Positions 40,874 to 49,588 of a stretch of DNA of 64,000 nucleotides are shown one piece after another. The DNA is taken from NCBI GenBank assembly GCA_963698475.1, contig CAVOQX010000004.1, forward strand, positions 32,466 through 96,465, read 5' to 3'. Below the pieces are notes generated by a model, which was given only the letters and a program-made list of their open reading frames with translations, ran no database searches and was not told the origin of the DNA. Source of the DNA: an uncultured Gammaproteobacteria bacterium (GTDB lineage Bacteria > Pseudomonadota > Gammaproteobacteria > Xanthomonadales > Xanthomonadaceae). Both the position numbers and the translations under genes were made by a program. Positions within the stretch are counted from its first letter, which is position 1, and each line of letters begins with the position of its first letter.

Positions 40874-40981
40874 CCCTAACACCTGAGTTAAGCCGGGACG
40901 CGCAGCGGCCGAGCGGTGTGGTACACGATACCGCACAAGGCGAGGCCGCGAAGCGGTCTCGGCTTGAACGACTTGTTAGGC
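40874..40981 (-). repeat. attC06 (type A)
   Basis: ccctaac..gttaggc. Confidence 0.85.
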
Positions 40982-41203
40982 CGCTGGCCCGTTTTTGAGT
41001 GGGTCGTCCGACTCTTCTGGTGGCTCGCGCTCATCAACGAACTGCGGGTTGAACTTCTTTAGGTGCACGCGAAGAACCTCATAGTCCTCAAGCGCAATGT
41101 CTAACTTTTTCTCAAGAGACTTCATGCGCTCTCGCATGGACGCCACGTAGAAGGTGAGCGGAAGAATTGCGATCAGAACTAGCCATGAAGAGTCTTCAAG
41201 CAC
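40976..41203 (-). CDS. Small single-TM protein with coiled-coil tail
   Basis: GTG 41203 behind AGGAAGG inside ORF 40976..41338 (rest of that ORF is attC translation). Confidence 0.5.
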   Translation of the reverse strand: MLEDSSWLVLIAILPLTFYVASMRERMKSLEKKLDIALEDYEVLRVHLKKFNPQFVDEREPPEESDDPLKNGPAA

Positions 41204-41221
41204 AATGATTTCCTTCCTGCG

Positions 41222-41328
41222 GCCTAACACCTGAGTTAAGGCGGACCGCTGCGCGGCCCGGCGGAGTGGTACACGATACCGCTCAAGCCGAGCCGCGAAG
41301 CGGTCTCGGCTTGAACGAATAGTTAGGC
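41222..41328 (-). repeat. attC07 (type A)
   Basis: gcctaac..gttaggc. Confidence 0.85.
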
Positions 41329-41712
41329 ACGTAGCCAAAATGTAGCAAGAAGCAGTGCAAGAACTCCTAGTGACCGTGCCACGAATATTGCGGGAACGTA
41401 ACCCAAAGCCCTAGCGGTAGCGGGACTGAGCAATCCTTTGAAATTGCCTTCAAATCTGGCTGGAGCGGGCAAGTACATGGCCATTGACGCGAGAGCAAAA
41501 GCCCAAGCGAGGCTTGGCTGCAGCCACGAGGCAATGACACAGAGAGTAAGCGCAAGAGACGTGAGCATCATCCGGGTGCCAACGTAACGAATTCTGGCGC
41601 GAGGTAGATCAGCACTGTCCGGGAGCGCAAATACGTTGAGCGATGAATGAAAGCAAGCCAACGCAGGAAGCGCGTGGAGAGTTCCAATGCACTCGATCAC
41701 CGGGACAATCAT
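41323..41712 (-). CDS. Membrane protein
   Basis: ORF 41323..41712, hydrophobic throughout. Confidence 0.55.
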   Translation of the reverse strand: MIVPVIECIGTLHALPALACFHSSLNVFALPDSADLPRARIRYVGTRMMLTSLALTLCVIASWLQPSLAWAFALASMAMYLPAPARFEGNFKGLLSPATARALGYVPAIFVARSLGVLALLLATFWLRA

Positions 41713-41717
41713 CTAGT

Positions 41718-41824
41718 GCCTAACACCTGAGTTAAGCCGGGACGCGCAGCGGCTCGGCGGGGTGGTACACGATACCGCGTGAGCCGAGCCGCGAAGCGGT
41801 CTCGGCTTGAACGAATAGTTAGAC
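41718..41824 (-). repeat. attC08 (type A)
   Basis: gcctaac..gttagac. Confidence 0.85.
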
Positions 41825-42304
41825 CGCATTGCGCCGCAATTGACGAGCGTATTCGACGGCCTCCTGCAAACGATCAAAGTGCATGGTCTCAACCACGAAG
41901 TAGTCACCGTTGTGACTGATATCGAGTTCCGTCATGAGGCTTCGATCCGGGTCCGAGATCTTGGCCGGGGCGGCGGTGGAGGGCCAAGGCTTCTTGTATT
42001 TGACTAGTTTTGGGAAAAAAGCGCCAACCAGCATAGCTGGCCAGTAGCTGGCGAATAGTCCAAACAGGATGGAAACGTAGATTGCGGCCGCTGACTCAGG
42101 CCATGTTTCAGATGCAAGGAACAATGCAACTCCCATCAACAGAACTGCGATGGAAAGGCTCATCAGTTTTGACAAAATCGTAGTGTCGTTCTGCGCCCCG
42201 CACAACGGACAATCGATGGGGTAGCGTCCACCGCCCAGAAAATTCCATGAGGCGACGGCTATGGAATTCTTACAGTGTGCGCAAGTGGTGAGTACTGCCT
42301 TCAA
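41819..42304 (-). CDS. Zinc-ribbon + 2-TM protein
   Basis: ORF 41819..42304; CAHC..CPLC pairs at N-terminus then two TM helices. Confidence 0.6.
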   Translation of the reverse strand: MKAVLTTCAHCKNSIAVASWNFLGGGRYPIDCPLCGAQNDTTILSKLMSLSIAVLLMGVALFLASETWPESAAAIYVSILFGLFASYWPAMLVGAFFPKLVKYKKPWPSTAAPAKISDPDRSLMTELDISHNGDYFVVETMHFDRLQEAVEYARQLRRNAV

Positions 42305-42308
42305 TGCG

Positions 42309-42415
42309 GTCTAACACCTGAGTTAAGCCGGACTGCGTAGCGGCGCGGCGTTGTGGTACACGATACCGCGTTAGCCGAGCCGCGAAGCGGTCTCGGCTTG
42401 AACGAATAGTTAGCT
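42309..42415 (-). repeat. attC09 (type A)
   Basis: gtctaac..gttagct. Confidence 0.85.
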
Positions 42416-42417
42416 AC

Positions 42418-42957
42418 TCACTCATTGACAAATTTATCGGACAGGGTGATTGACGTTCCACTGTTCTTGTCATGGAGCGTAACCTCAACTTTGTACTCAC
42501 CTTTTTGGTCGGATGGCTCCGAGATGAACTTCAGAGTGGCGCTTGTCATGTAAAGATTCTTGGGGTTGCCAGGCACTTTGGTCTTGAAGCACTCCGTTCC
42601 TTTCTGATCAATCGAATAGGTCCCATCTGGTCGGAGAACAGAGAAATCGCATTCCACATTCGCTTGTAGATCAGTATCAAGTTTGGGGTTTGAAAGAACA
42701 GTAAGGACGTTCAGTTCTTTCCCCAAGCTCACAGAATGCGACTCCGTGAAATGCGGGTCGTATTCAGGCGGTTTGCTCCACTCCTCAAGCCAATTGGGAT
42801 CAGATGTAATCGTGAGCATGGCAGCAAAGCCATGTTTCGACTTAACTTGGTCAGTCTCTGGGATGGGCGTTCCGTCCTTGGATTGCCACTGGGCATTGCA
42901 GGCGGCTGGCAACCCAAGCAAGGCAATGATTGCAATTGACGTGGCGAGATTCTTCAT
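42418..42957 (-). CDS. Secreted hypothetical protein
   Basis: ORF 42418..42957; signal peptide MKNLATSIAIIALLGLPAACNA. Confidence 0.65.
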   Translation of the reverse strand: MKNLATSIAIIALLGLPAACNAQWQSKDGTPIPETDQVKSKHGFAAMLTITSDPNWLEEWSKPPEYDPHFTESHSVSLGKELNVLTVLSNPKLDTDLQANVECDFSVLRPDGTYSIDQKGTECFKTKVPGNPKNLYMTSATLKFISEPSDQKGEYKVEVTLHDKNSGTSITLSDKFVNE

Positions 42958-42961
42958 GAGT

Positions 42962-43073
42962 AGCTAACACCTGAGTTAAGCCGCGCCGCGCAGTGGCGAA
43001 AGCTTTGCGCTAGCGTAGCGCAAGCGCAAAGGTGAAGCTACGAAGCGGCGTCGGCTTGAACGAATAGTTAGGC
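42962..43073 (-). repeat. attC10 (type B)
   Basis: agctaac..gttaggc. Confidence 0.85.
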
Positions 43074-43332
43074 GACGCACGGCAATGGCCGGAGTTGGAC
43101 ACGGCGGCCCGCGACGAGAGCGGGGAGCCGCTTGTCACCAGATGCAATCCGGCGCAAGTGAGCGGCCCGTGCTCGAGTGTCCGAAGAAGCGCTTTTACCA
43201 GCGATGCTTCAGGCACGAGCAATGTCCAATGTGTCCGAAGCCTAGACCGGAAACCATCAGGTGCCAAAGATGCCTGGAGATGCGCGAGCGATCAGGTTGC
43301 GAGAGCACACAGAAAGAACTGTTTGATCCGTG
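43074..43332 (-). repeat. R-family ORF-less cassette R1
   Basis: 259-nt body, own attC = attC10. Confidence 0.9.
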
Positions 43333-43444
43333 GCCTAACACCTGAGTTAAGCCGCGCCGCGCAGTGGCGAAAGCTTTGCGCTAGCGTAGCGCAAGCGCAA
43401 AGCTGAAGCTACGAAGCGGCGTCGGCTTGAACGAATAGTTAGGC
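43333..43444 (-). repeat. attC11 (type B)
   Basis: gcctaac..gttaggc. Confidence 0.85.
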
Positions 43445-43704
43445 GACGCACGGCAATGGACGAAGTGGGACACGGCGGCCCGCGACGAGAGCCGGGAGCC
43501 GATTGTCACGTGATGCAATCCCGTGCAAGTGAGCGGCCCGTGCTCGAGTGTCCGAAGAAGCGCTTTTACCAGCGATGCTTCAGGTACGAGCAATGTCCAA
43601 TGTGTCCGAAGCCTAGACCGGAAACCATCAGGTGCCAAAAGATGCCTGGAGATGCGCGAGCGATCAGGTTGCCGCGACACACAGAAAGAACTGTTTGATC
43701 CGTG
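43445..43704 (-). repeat. R-family ORF-less cassette R2
   Basis: 260-nt body, own attC = attC11. Confidence 0.9.
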
Positions 43705-43811
43705 GCCTAACACCTGAGTTAAGCCGGACCGCGCAGCGGCTTGGCGATGTGGTACACGATACCGCGTTAGCCGAGCCGCGAAGCGGTCTCGGCTTGAACG
43801 AATAGTTAGAG
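43705..43811 (-). repeat. attC12 (type A)
   Basis: gcctaac..gttagag. Confidence 0.85.
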
Positions 43812-44177
43812 CGCACGAAAGACGTTAGTGAGTTCTCTGTCTGTGTGTGGCGTTTCCCACTTTGAGATGTAACAGAACGACATGCCAGCTTTTTCTGCGG
43901 CCTTCTTGAAGTTCTCAAGCTCATATTGCGTAGGAACGTAGTGTTCCGGGATGAAGTGCATCAAGCCCGTTGGCTTGCGTAGTGAAAAGCCAGGCGACAG
44001 ATCCTTGATCAAGGATTTGAGCGTCCCACGGATCTTTGAGAAATCCTGTATCGCGCTCCTGCGATTGTCGAGCGCATGGCAGTCCTTTCTCACTCTTCTG
44101 TCGCCGCCCAGCAAGCGGCCAGTGAAATGATCCGGATAGACCTGAATATAGAGAATTGATCTGCGGAAAAACTTCAC
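43806..44177 (-). CDS. Hypothetical protein
   Basis: GTG 44177 inside ORF 43806..44192 (first codons of that ORF lie in attC). Confidence 0.5.
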   Translation of the reverse strand: MKFFRRSILYIQVYPDHFTGRLLGGDRRVRKDCHALDNRRSAIQDFSKIRGTLKSLIKDLSPGFSLRKPTGLMHFIPEHYVPTQYELENFKKAAEKAGMSFCYISKWETPHTDRELTNVFRAL

Positions 44178-44183
44178 TGTGCG

Positions 44184-44295
44184 CTCTAACACCTGAGTTA
44201 AGCCGCGCCGCGCAGTGGCGAAAGCTTTGCGCTAGCGTAGCGCAAGCGCAAAGGTGAAGCTACGAAGCGGCGTCGGCTTGAACGAATAGTTAGGC
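44184..44295 (-). repeat. attC13 (type B)
   Basis: ctctaac..gttaggc. Confidence 0.85.
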
Positions 44296-44555
44296 GACGC
44301 ACGGCAATGGACGAAGTTGGACACGGCGGCCCGCGACGAGAGCCGGGAGCCGATTGTCACGTGATGCAATCCCGTGCAAGTGAGCGGCCCGTGCTCGAGT
44401 GTCCGAAGAAGCGCTTTTACCAGCGATGCTTCAGGTACGAGCAATGTCCAATGTGTCCGAAGCCGAGACCGGAAACCATCAGCGGCCAAAAGATGCCTGG
44501 AGAAGCGCGAGCGATCAGGTTGCGACAACACACAGAAAGAACTGTTTGATCCGTG
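44296..44555 (-). repeat. R-family ORF-less cassette R3
   Basis: 260-nt body, own attC = attC13. Confidence 0.9.
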
Positions 44556-44667
44556 GCCTAACACCTGAGTTAAGCCGCGCCGCGCAGTGGCGAAAGCTTT
44601 GCGCTAGCGTAGCGCAAGCGCAAAGGTGAAGCTACGAAGCGGCGTCGGCTTGAACGAATAGTTAGGC
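44556..44667 (-). repeat. attC14 (type B)
   Basis: gcctaac..gttaggc. Confidence 0.85.
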
Positions 44668-44925
44668 GACGCACGGCAATGGCCGAAGTTGGACACGGCG
44701 GCCCGCGACGAGAGCCGGGAGCCGATTGTCACTGGATGCAACCCGCGCAAGTGAGCGGCCCGTGCTCGAGTGTCCGAAGAAGCGCTTTTCCCAGCGATGC
44801 TTCAGGTACGAGCAATGTCCAATGTGTCCGAAGCCTAGACCGGAAACCATCAGGTGCCAAAGATGCCTGGAGATGCGCGAGCGATCAGGTTGCCGTGACA
44901 CACAGAAAGAACTGTTTGATCCGTG
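44668..44925 (-). repeat. R-family ORF-less cassette R4
   Basis: 258-nt body, own attC = attC14. Confidence 0.9.
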
Positions 44926-45032
44926 GCCTAACACCTGAGTTAAGCCGGACCGCGCAGCGGCTTGGCGATGTGGTACACGATACCGCGTTAGCCGAGCCGC
45001 GAAGCGGTCTCGGCTTGAACGAATAGTTAGGG
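44926..45032 (-). repeat. attC15 (type A)
   Basis: gcctaac..gttaggg. Confidence 0.85.
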
Positions 45033-45479
45033 CGCAGGCTCGTCGAGCATTGGCTGGACATATAAATACCAGTCAGATGCGTCTGACTCCCAAGGCCAAA
45101 CGCCAGCGGTGGTGGGCCACACGGCTTGAAGGACCCGGAAATTGTCGCCCTTGTACAGCCAAAGCGCCCACCCAAAGTAGTCTCTGTAATGGGACTTGTT
45201 GACAAGGCGGAACTCAATGTCAAATCCTTCAATGAACCCCGAACCTCGTTGTCCTGGCTGAAAATGATCACCAGCCTTTACGCGGCGGTTGTACTCATTG
45301 ACGATGAAATGAGCCATCTCACTTTTGAGACCAGCGACGATTAGCTCTGGTTGCCCGGAGGTCTGCTCTATGCCAATTGAGTAGGTGAATTTCGGATGGT
45401 CAGAATCCTCCAGCACATGGATGACGTGGCAACCGTAAGCGTTGATGTCTTTGAGGGCTTTGGTCTCACCCTTGTCCAC
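45027..45479 (-). CDS. DUF4262-like protein, copy 1
   Basis: ORF 45027..45479; GCHVIHVLEDSDHPKFTYSIGIEQTSGQPELIVAGL; identical protein at 62175..62627. Confidence 0.65.
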   Translation of the reverse strand: MDKGETKALKDINAYGCHVIHVLEDSDHPKFTYSIGIEQTSGQPELIVAGLKSEMAHFIVNEYNRRVKAGDHFQPGQRGSGFIEGFDIEFRLVNKSHYRDYFGWALWLYKGDNFRVLQAVWPTTAGVWPWESDASDWYLYVQPMLDEPAP

Positions 45480-45494
45480 AAACTATCTCCTGCG

Positions 45495-45606
45495 CCCTAA
45501 CACCTGAGTTAAGCCGCGCCGCGCAGTGGCGAAAGCTTTGCGCTAGCGTAGCGCAAGCGCAAAGGTGAAGCTACGAAGCGGCGTCGGCTTGAACGAATAG
45601 TTAGGC
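45495..45606 (-). repeat. attC16 (type B)
   Basis: ccctaac..gttaggc. Confidence 0.85.
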
Positions 45607-45864
45607 GATGCACGGCAATGGACGAAGTTGGACACGGCGGCCCGCGACGAGAGCCGGGAGCCGATTGTCACTGGATGCAACCCGCGCAAGTGAGCGGCCC
45701 GTGCTCGAGTGTCCGAAGAAGCGCTTTTACCAGCGATGCTTCAGGCACGAGCAATGTCCAATGTGTCCGAAGCCTAGACCGGAAACCATCAGGTGCCAAA
45801 GATGCCTGGAGATGCGCGAGCGATCAGGTTGCGAGAGCACACAGAAAGAACTGTTTGATCCGTG
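45607..45864 (-). repeat. R-family ORF-less cassette R5
   Basis: 258-nt body, own attC = attC16. Confidence 0.9.
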
Positions 45865-45971
45865 GCCTAACACCTGAGTTAAGCCGGACTGCGTAGCGGC
45901 GCGGCGTTGTGGTACACGATACCGCGTTAGCCGAGCCGCGAAGCGGTCTCGGCTTGAACGACTTGTTATAC
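45865..45971 (-). repeat. attC17 (type A)
   Basis: gcctaac..gttatac. Confidence 0.85.
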
Positions 45972-46631
45972 CTCTAGCTCATGAGCCAGAAGATCTACAT
46001 TCCGGCCGGCGTGCGGGTCGTTGTAGCCAAACTGCTTGTCTGCCAAAGCCCGAAGCGCGCTGGGGAGTAATGGGTTGGCCGCGTACGGGTTGTGATACGC
46101 AACAAGCTTCGTCTCGTTCGGTGACGGTGTAGAAAGTACACACACGGCGCTCAACCCGCGGCAAGTGTTCCGCGTAACTTTGCGCTGATCCGTGAAGCCT
46201 TGGCCTGTGTGATGAATGATGCCGTCTTGTCCGAGTGCAAGGTATGCGGCCATTCCTCCGAACATTGCACGAGTGACAGTGAAATTATCAATCCAGTTCA
46301 TGGCGCCAGCGTTGTTGTAGCAGACCACAATGGCAGGGGTGCCGTGCGCCGCATAGGGTTTGATCTGACGATATGCGTCACTCAATAGATTGCGAAGGCG
46401 TTTCGTTGGCGCATAGCCTGCGCCCATCAACTGACCCGGCGGAGTTGACTCCCTAGCAAGGTCTTGTTGGTTGGGATCAAATTGTTTGATCTCTGCAACG
46501 GCTAGCCCAGTACTCAACGTGAGTTCAAAATCCGCCACCTTTTTGTCAGTCTCTTCGATACGTTGGTACGAGACACCTCGAGCTGCGCAGTGCTGCTTGA
46601 AGAGTGCTTCAGATCGCGTCTCAATTGTCAC
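45966..46631 (-). CDS. Hypothetical protein with possible PD-(D/E)xK nuclease motif
   Basis: ORF 45966..46631; ..KKVADFELTLSTGLAVAEIKQF.. (D..ExK spacing). Confidence 0.55.
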   Translation of the reverse strand: MTIETRSEALFKQHCAARGVSYQRIEETDKKVADFELTLSTGLAVAEIKQFDPNQQDLARESTPPGQLMGAGYAPTKRLRNLLSDAYRQIKPYAAHGTPAIVVCYNNAGAMNWIDNFTVTRAMFGGMAAYLALGQDGIIHHTGQGFTDQRKVTRNTCRGLSAVCVLSTPSPNETKLVAYHNPYAANPLLPSALRALADKQFGYNDPHAGRNVDLLAHELEV

Positions 46632-46636
46632 TAGAG

Positions 46637-46748
46637 GTATAACACCTGAGTTAAGCCGCGCCGCGCAGTGGCGAAAGCTTTGCGCTAGCGTAGCGCAGGC
46701 GCAAAGGTGAAGCTACGAAGCGGCGTCGGCTTGAACGAATAGTTAGGC
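46637..46748 (-). repeat. attC18 (type B)
   Basis: gtataac..gttaggc. Confidence 0.85.
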
Positions 46749-47008
46749 GACGCACGGCAATGGACGAAGTTGGACACGGCGGCCCGCGACGAGAGCCGGG
46801 AGCCGATTGTCACGTGATGCAATCCCGTGCAAGTGAGCGGCCCGTGCTCGAGTGTCCGAAGAAGCGCTTTTACCAGCGATGCTTCAGGTACGAGCAAAGT
46901 CCAATGTCTCCGAAGCCGAGACCGGAAACCATCAGCTGGCAAAAGATACCTGGAGATGCGCGAGCGATCAGGTTGCCGCGACACACAGAAAGAACTGTTT
47001 GATCCGTG
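46749..47008 (-). repeat. R-family ORF-less cassette R6
   Basis: 260-nt body, own attC = attC18. Confidence 0.9.
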
Positions 47009-47115
47009 GCCTAACACCTGAGTTAAGGCGGACCGCGCAGCGGAACGGCGGTGTGCTACACGATAGCGCATGAGCCGAGCCGCGAAGCGGTCTCGGCTTG
47101 AACGAATAGTTAGGC
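47009..47115 (-). repeat. attC19 (type A)
   Basis: gcctaac..gttaggc. Confidence 0.85.
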
Positions 47116-47403
47116 CGCTGCCACTGTGATCTTGAGACCGAGAGCATGGGCAACTTTGGAGACAGTGGCAAAACTCGGATTGCCTTGGCCAGAAAGAGCC
47201 TTGTAGAGCCCCATACGCGTCATGCCGGTTTTCAAGGCAAGTTGCGTCATGTTCCTGGCACGAGCCACGTCACCGAGCGCCGCAAGGAGAAGAGAAGGGT
47301 CATCTTCTTCCGCGCAGGCCGTCAGATACGCAGCAATATCCGCTTCTGACTCGAGGTAGTCAGCGGTGTCATAGCGGCTGAAGGATTCTTTGGGTGTGTT
47401 CAT
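47110..47403 (-). CDS. HigA-like addiction-module antidote (HTH) protein
   Basis: ATG 47403 (ATGA overlap with toxin stop) inside ORF 47110..47418; ..ARARNMTQLALKTGMTRMGLYKALSGQGNPSFATVSKVAHALG. Confidence 0.75.
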   Translation of the reverse strand: MNTPKESFSRYDTADYLESEADIAAYLTACAEEDDPSLLLAALGDVARARNMTQLALKTGMTRMGLYKALSGQGNPSFATVSKVAHALGLKITVAAA

Positions 47404-47702
47404 GATTGAGCTTCCCATTGCTTTGCAATGCGTGATGCGAGTTTGATGTCATCTTGCTGCGTGGGTTTGATACCACCGCACAAGAGCAACACAAGTGTTT
47501 GGTTCTTGAATGTGTAATAGACCCTGTAGCCTGGTCCATGATCGACTTTAAGCTCAAATAGGCCATCCTTGAGTGCACGTGATTGGCCAGCATTTCCAAG
47601 CGAGAGGCGACGGATGCGCACCTCAATCCGTGCTCTCGCCTGACGATCACGAAGACTACGAAGCCACGTGTCAAAAGTGCTGCTTTTGATGATCTCAAGC
47701 AT
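47400..47702 (-). CDS. RelE/HigB-like addiction-module killer protein
   Basis: ORF 47400..47702; FDTWLRSLRD..ARARIEVRIRRLSLGNAGQSRALKDGLFELKVDHGPGYRVYY. Confidence 0.75.
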   Translation of the reverse strand: MLEIIKSSTFDTWLRSLRDRQARARIEVRIRRLSLGNAGQSRALKDGLFELKVDHGPGYRVYYTFKNQTLVLLLCGGIKPTQQDDIKLASRIAKQWEAQS

Positions 47703-47707
47703 GTTCG

Positions 47708-47747
47708 GAGCGTAAACTACAGTTTGCTATTTGTCAACTGAGGTTGA
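47708..47747 (-). promoter_or_regulatory. Candidate TA promoter/operator
   Basis: Palindrome GTCAAC-tgag-GTTGAC (47732-47747) overlapping a perfect - strand TTGACA; weak TACGCT 17 nt downstream, only ~6 nt before the ATG (would imply a leaderless mRNA). Confidence 0.3.
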
Positions 47748-47760
47748 CTATGCAAAAGCG

Positions 47761-47872
47761 GCCTAACACCTGAGTTAAGCCGCGCCGCGCAGTGGCGAAA
47801 GCTTTGCGCTAGCGTAGCGCAAGCGCAAAGGTGAAGCTACGAAGCGGCGTCGGCTTGAACGAATAGTTAGGC
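47761..47872 (-). repeat. attC20 (type B)
   Basis: gcctaac..gttaggc. Confidence 0.85.
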
Positions 47873-48131
47873 GACGCACGGCAATGGACGAAGTTGGACA
47901 CGGCGGCCTGCGACGAGAGCCGGGAGCCGATTGTCACTGGATGCAAAGCCGCGCAAGTGAGCGGCCCGTGCTCGAGTGTCCGAAGAAGCGCTTTTCCCAG
48001 CGATGCTTCAGGTACGAGCAATGTCCAATGTGTCCGAAGCCTAGACCGGAAACCATCAGGTGCCAAAGATGCCTGGAGATGCGCGAGCGATCAGGTTGCC
48101 GCGACACACAGAAAGAACTGTTTGATCCGTG
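47873..48131 (-). repeat. R-family ORF-less cassette R7
   Basis: 259-nt body, own attC = attC20. Confidence 0.9.
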
Positions 48132-48241
48132 GCCTAACACCTGAGTTAAGCCGGCACCGCTGCGCGGCGGCGGCAAGGCACACAATCATAGATGCTTTGC
48201 CGACGCCGCGAAGCGGTGTCGGCTTGAACGAATTGTTAGAC
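48132..48241 (-). repeat. attC21 (variant centre, 110 bp)
   Basis: gcctaac..gttagac. Confidence 0.8.
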
Positions 48242-48251
48242 GTGTGATGCT

Positions 48252-48605
48252 CTACTTAGGCCCACACGAGCTGTTCACGGCATTCTTGCCGCGCCGCAAG
48301 GCCGATAGCCGTACGTCTCGATTGATTTGAGAAGTCTCGGCGAACTGCTCAATATTCTGGATGTCACGCGTAAGTGATTCACAAAGTTTTTTTACCGCCG
48401 CAGCGTGGTCGCCTTTGTTTAAGTCGGCAAGCACGTATGACGTCACCAGGGTGCTAGTCACCGAATCGCTCTCCTTCCATGTGGCAGTCGCTTGGGAAGT
48501 CATTAGCAAATCTTTTGCGTACTCACGCCTAGCCATGGCGAGTGCTGCCGTGAAAAGAATCACGCCGATTGTTGAGATCCCCAAAATTTCAGCAGCTTTG
48601 TTCAC
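48252..48605 (-). CDS. Single-TM hypothetical protein
   Basis: GTG 48605 inside ORF 48252..48671; (M)NKAAEILGISTIGVILFTAALAMA.. Confidence 0.5.
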   Translation of the reverse strand: MNKAAEILGISTIGVILFTAALAMARREYAKDLLMTSQATATWKESDSVTSTLVTSYVLADLNKGDHAAAVKKLCESLTRDIQNIEQFAETSQINRDVRLSALRRGKNAVNSSCGPK

Positions 48606-48607
48606 AC

Positions 48608-48716
48608 GTCTAACACCTGAGTTAAGCCGGGCCGGCGCAGCGGCCGAGCGTTGTGCTACACGATAACGCACAAGGCGAGGCCGCGAAGCGGGCTCGGCTT
48701 GAACGAATTGTTAGGG
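48608..48716 (-). repeat. attC22 (type A variant)
   Basis: gtctaac..gttaggg. Confidence 0.85.
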
Positions 48717-48739
48717 CGCAAAGCCACGATCTGCAAGTC

Positions 48740-49477
48740 CTACCCGAAGAGCCAGAAGGCTAATGGGAAAAGGGACGCTCCAGCCAAGATGACGCTTGAA
48801 GTGACAACCAATTTCGGAGAGGTGCGTGCAGAAAGGCCGCCGACGGTTGCGGCGACGAGCATGACAATAACGCCGGCAAAAAGAAGTGTGTAGCCGCGGT
48901 CGCGTGCGGCTGCAATAGCTGCGGGGTCGGTGGGAACGAGATCAACCCACAAGCCGCCAAGGCCGGAAAGGAATAGGTACGAGCCCAAGACTGCAAGGCC
49001 AAGAGAAAATAAGCCGCCGGTGAGTTTCATCTTGCGCCCTAACACCTGAGTTAAGCCGGGACGCGTAGCGGCTCGGCGGGGTGGTACACGATACCGCGCA
49101 AGCCGAGCCGCGAAGCGGTCTCGGCTTGAACGAATAGTTAGGCCTCTGTGCGGGCTTTCAGCTTTGATGTATCCCTCGACATCTCGACGAGCGGCTGGAT
49201 CCAGATCTCTAATTCTTGCTGCAAGAATATCCTCGCTCGTAGGGATCCGAATGGGCTCAGCATTTCCGCCGAACAGCAGCCAGTCTGTAGTGACATGCAA
49301 GTAGCGTGCGATAAGCATGAGGTGCGCGATTGGAGGCTCATTGCGTCCACTCATGTAGTGCCCGACTCGCGCCGGCAGGGCTCCGATGCCTTCTCCAAGC
49401 TGGGCCTGAGTGATACCCAGGTCTTTCATCCGGGCTCTCGCTCTATCGATCCATGATTTGTCGTCGATATCTGTCAT
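48740..49477 (-). CDS. Read-through ORF: XRE-type HTH cassette gene fused through attC23 to a 3-TM cassette gene
   Basis: ATG 49477 (MTDIDDKSWIDRARARMKDLGITQAQLGEGIG..) has no in-frame stop before or inside attC23 and continues into MKLTGGLFSLGLAVLG.. (independent ATG at 49030, 96 aa, paralogue of 61100..61393). Confidence 0.5.
   Translation of the reverse strand: MTDIDDKSWIDRARARMKDLGITQAQLGEGIGALPARVGHYMSGRNEPPIAHLMLIARYLHVTTDWLLFGGNAEPIRIPTSEDILAARIRDLDPAARRDVEGYIKAESPHRGLTIRSSRDRFAARLARYRVPPRRAATRPGLTQVLGRKMKLTGGLFSLGLAVLGSYLFLSGLGGLWVDLVPTDPAAIAAARDRGYTLLFAGVIVMLVAATVGGLSARTSPKLVVTSSVILAGASLFPLAFWLFG
49037..49143 (-). repeat. attC23 (type A)
   Basis: ccctaac..gttaggc. Confidence 0.85.
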
Positions 49478-49480
49478 GAG

Positions 49481-49588
49481 GCCTAACACCTGAGTTAAGC
49501 CGGGACCGCGTAGCGGATCGGCGGGGTGGTACACGATACCGCGCAAGCCGAGCCGCGAAGCGGTCTCGGCTTGAACGAATAGTTAGGG
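49481..49588 (-). repeat. attC24 (type A)
   Basis: gcctaac..gttaggg. Confidence 0.85.

Noticed and set aside
41713-41907. Many short ORFs containing ..NYSFKPRPLRGSA.AVSCTTPPSR.. or ..TIRSSRDRFAARL.RYRVP.. (for example 41713..41907, 55326..55517, 61371..61580, 63489..63761)
   Set aside because: These peptides are simply translations of the conserved attC arms. They recur wherever an attC is open in that frame and do not represent a protein family.
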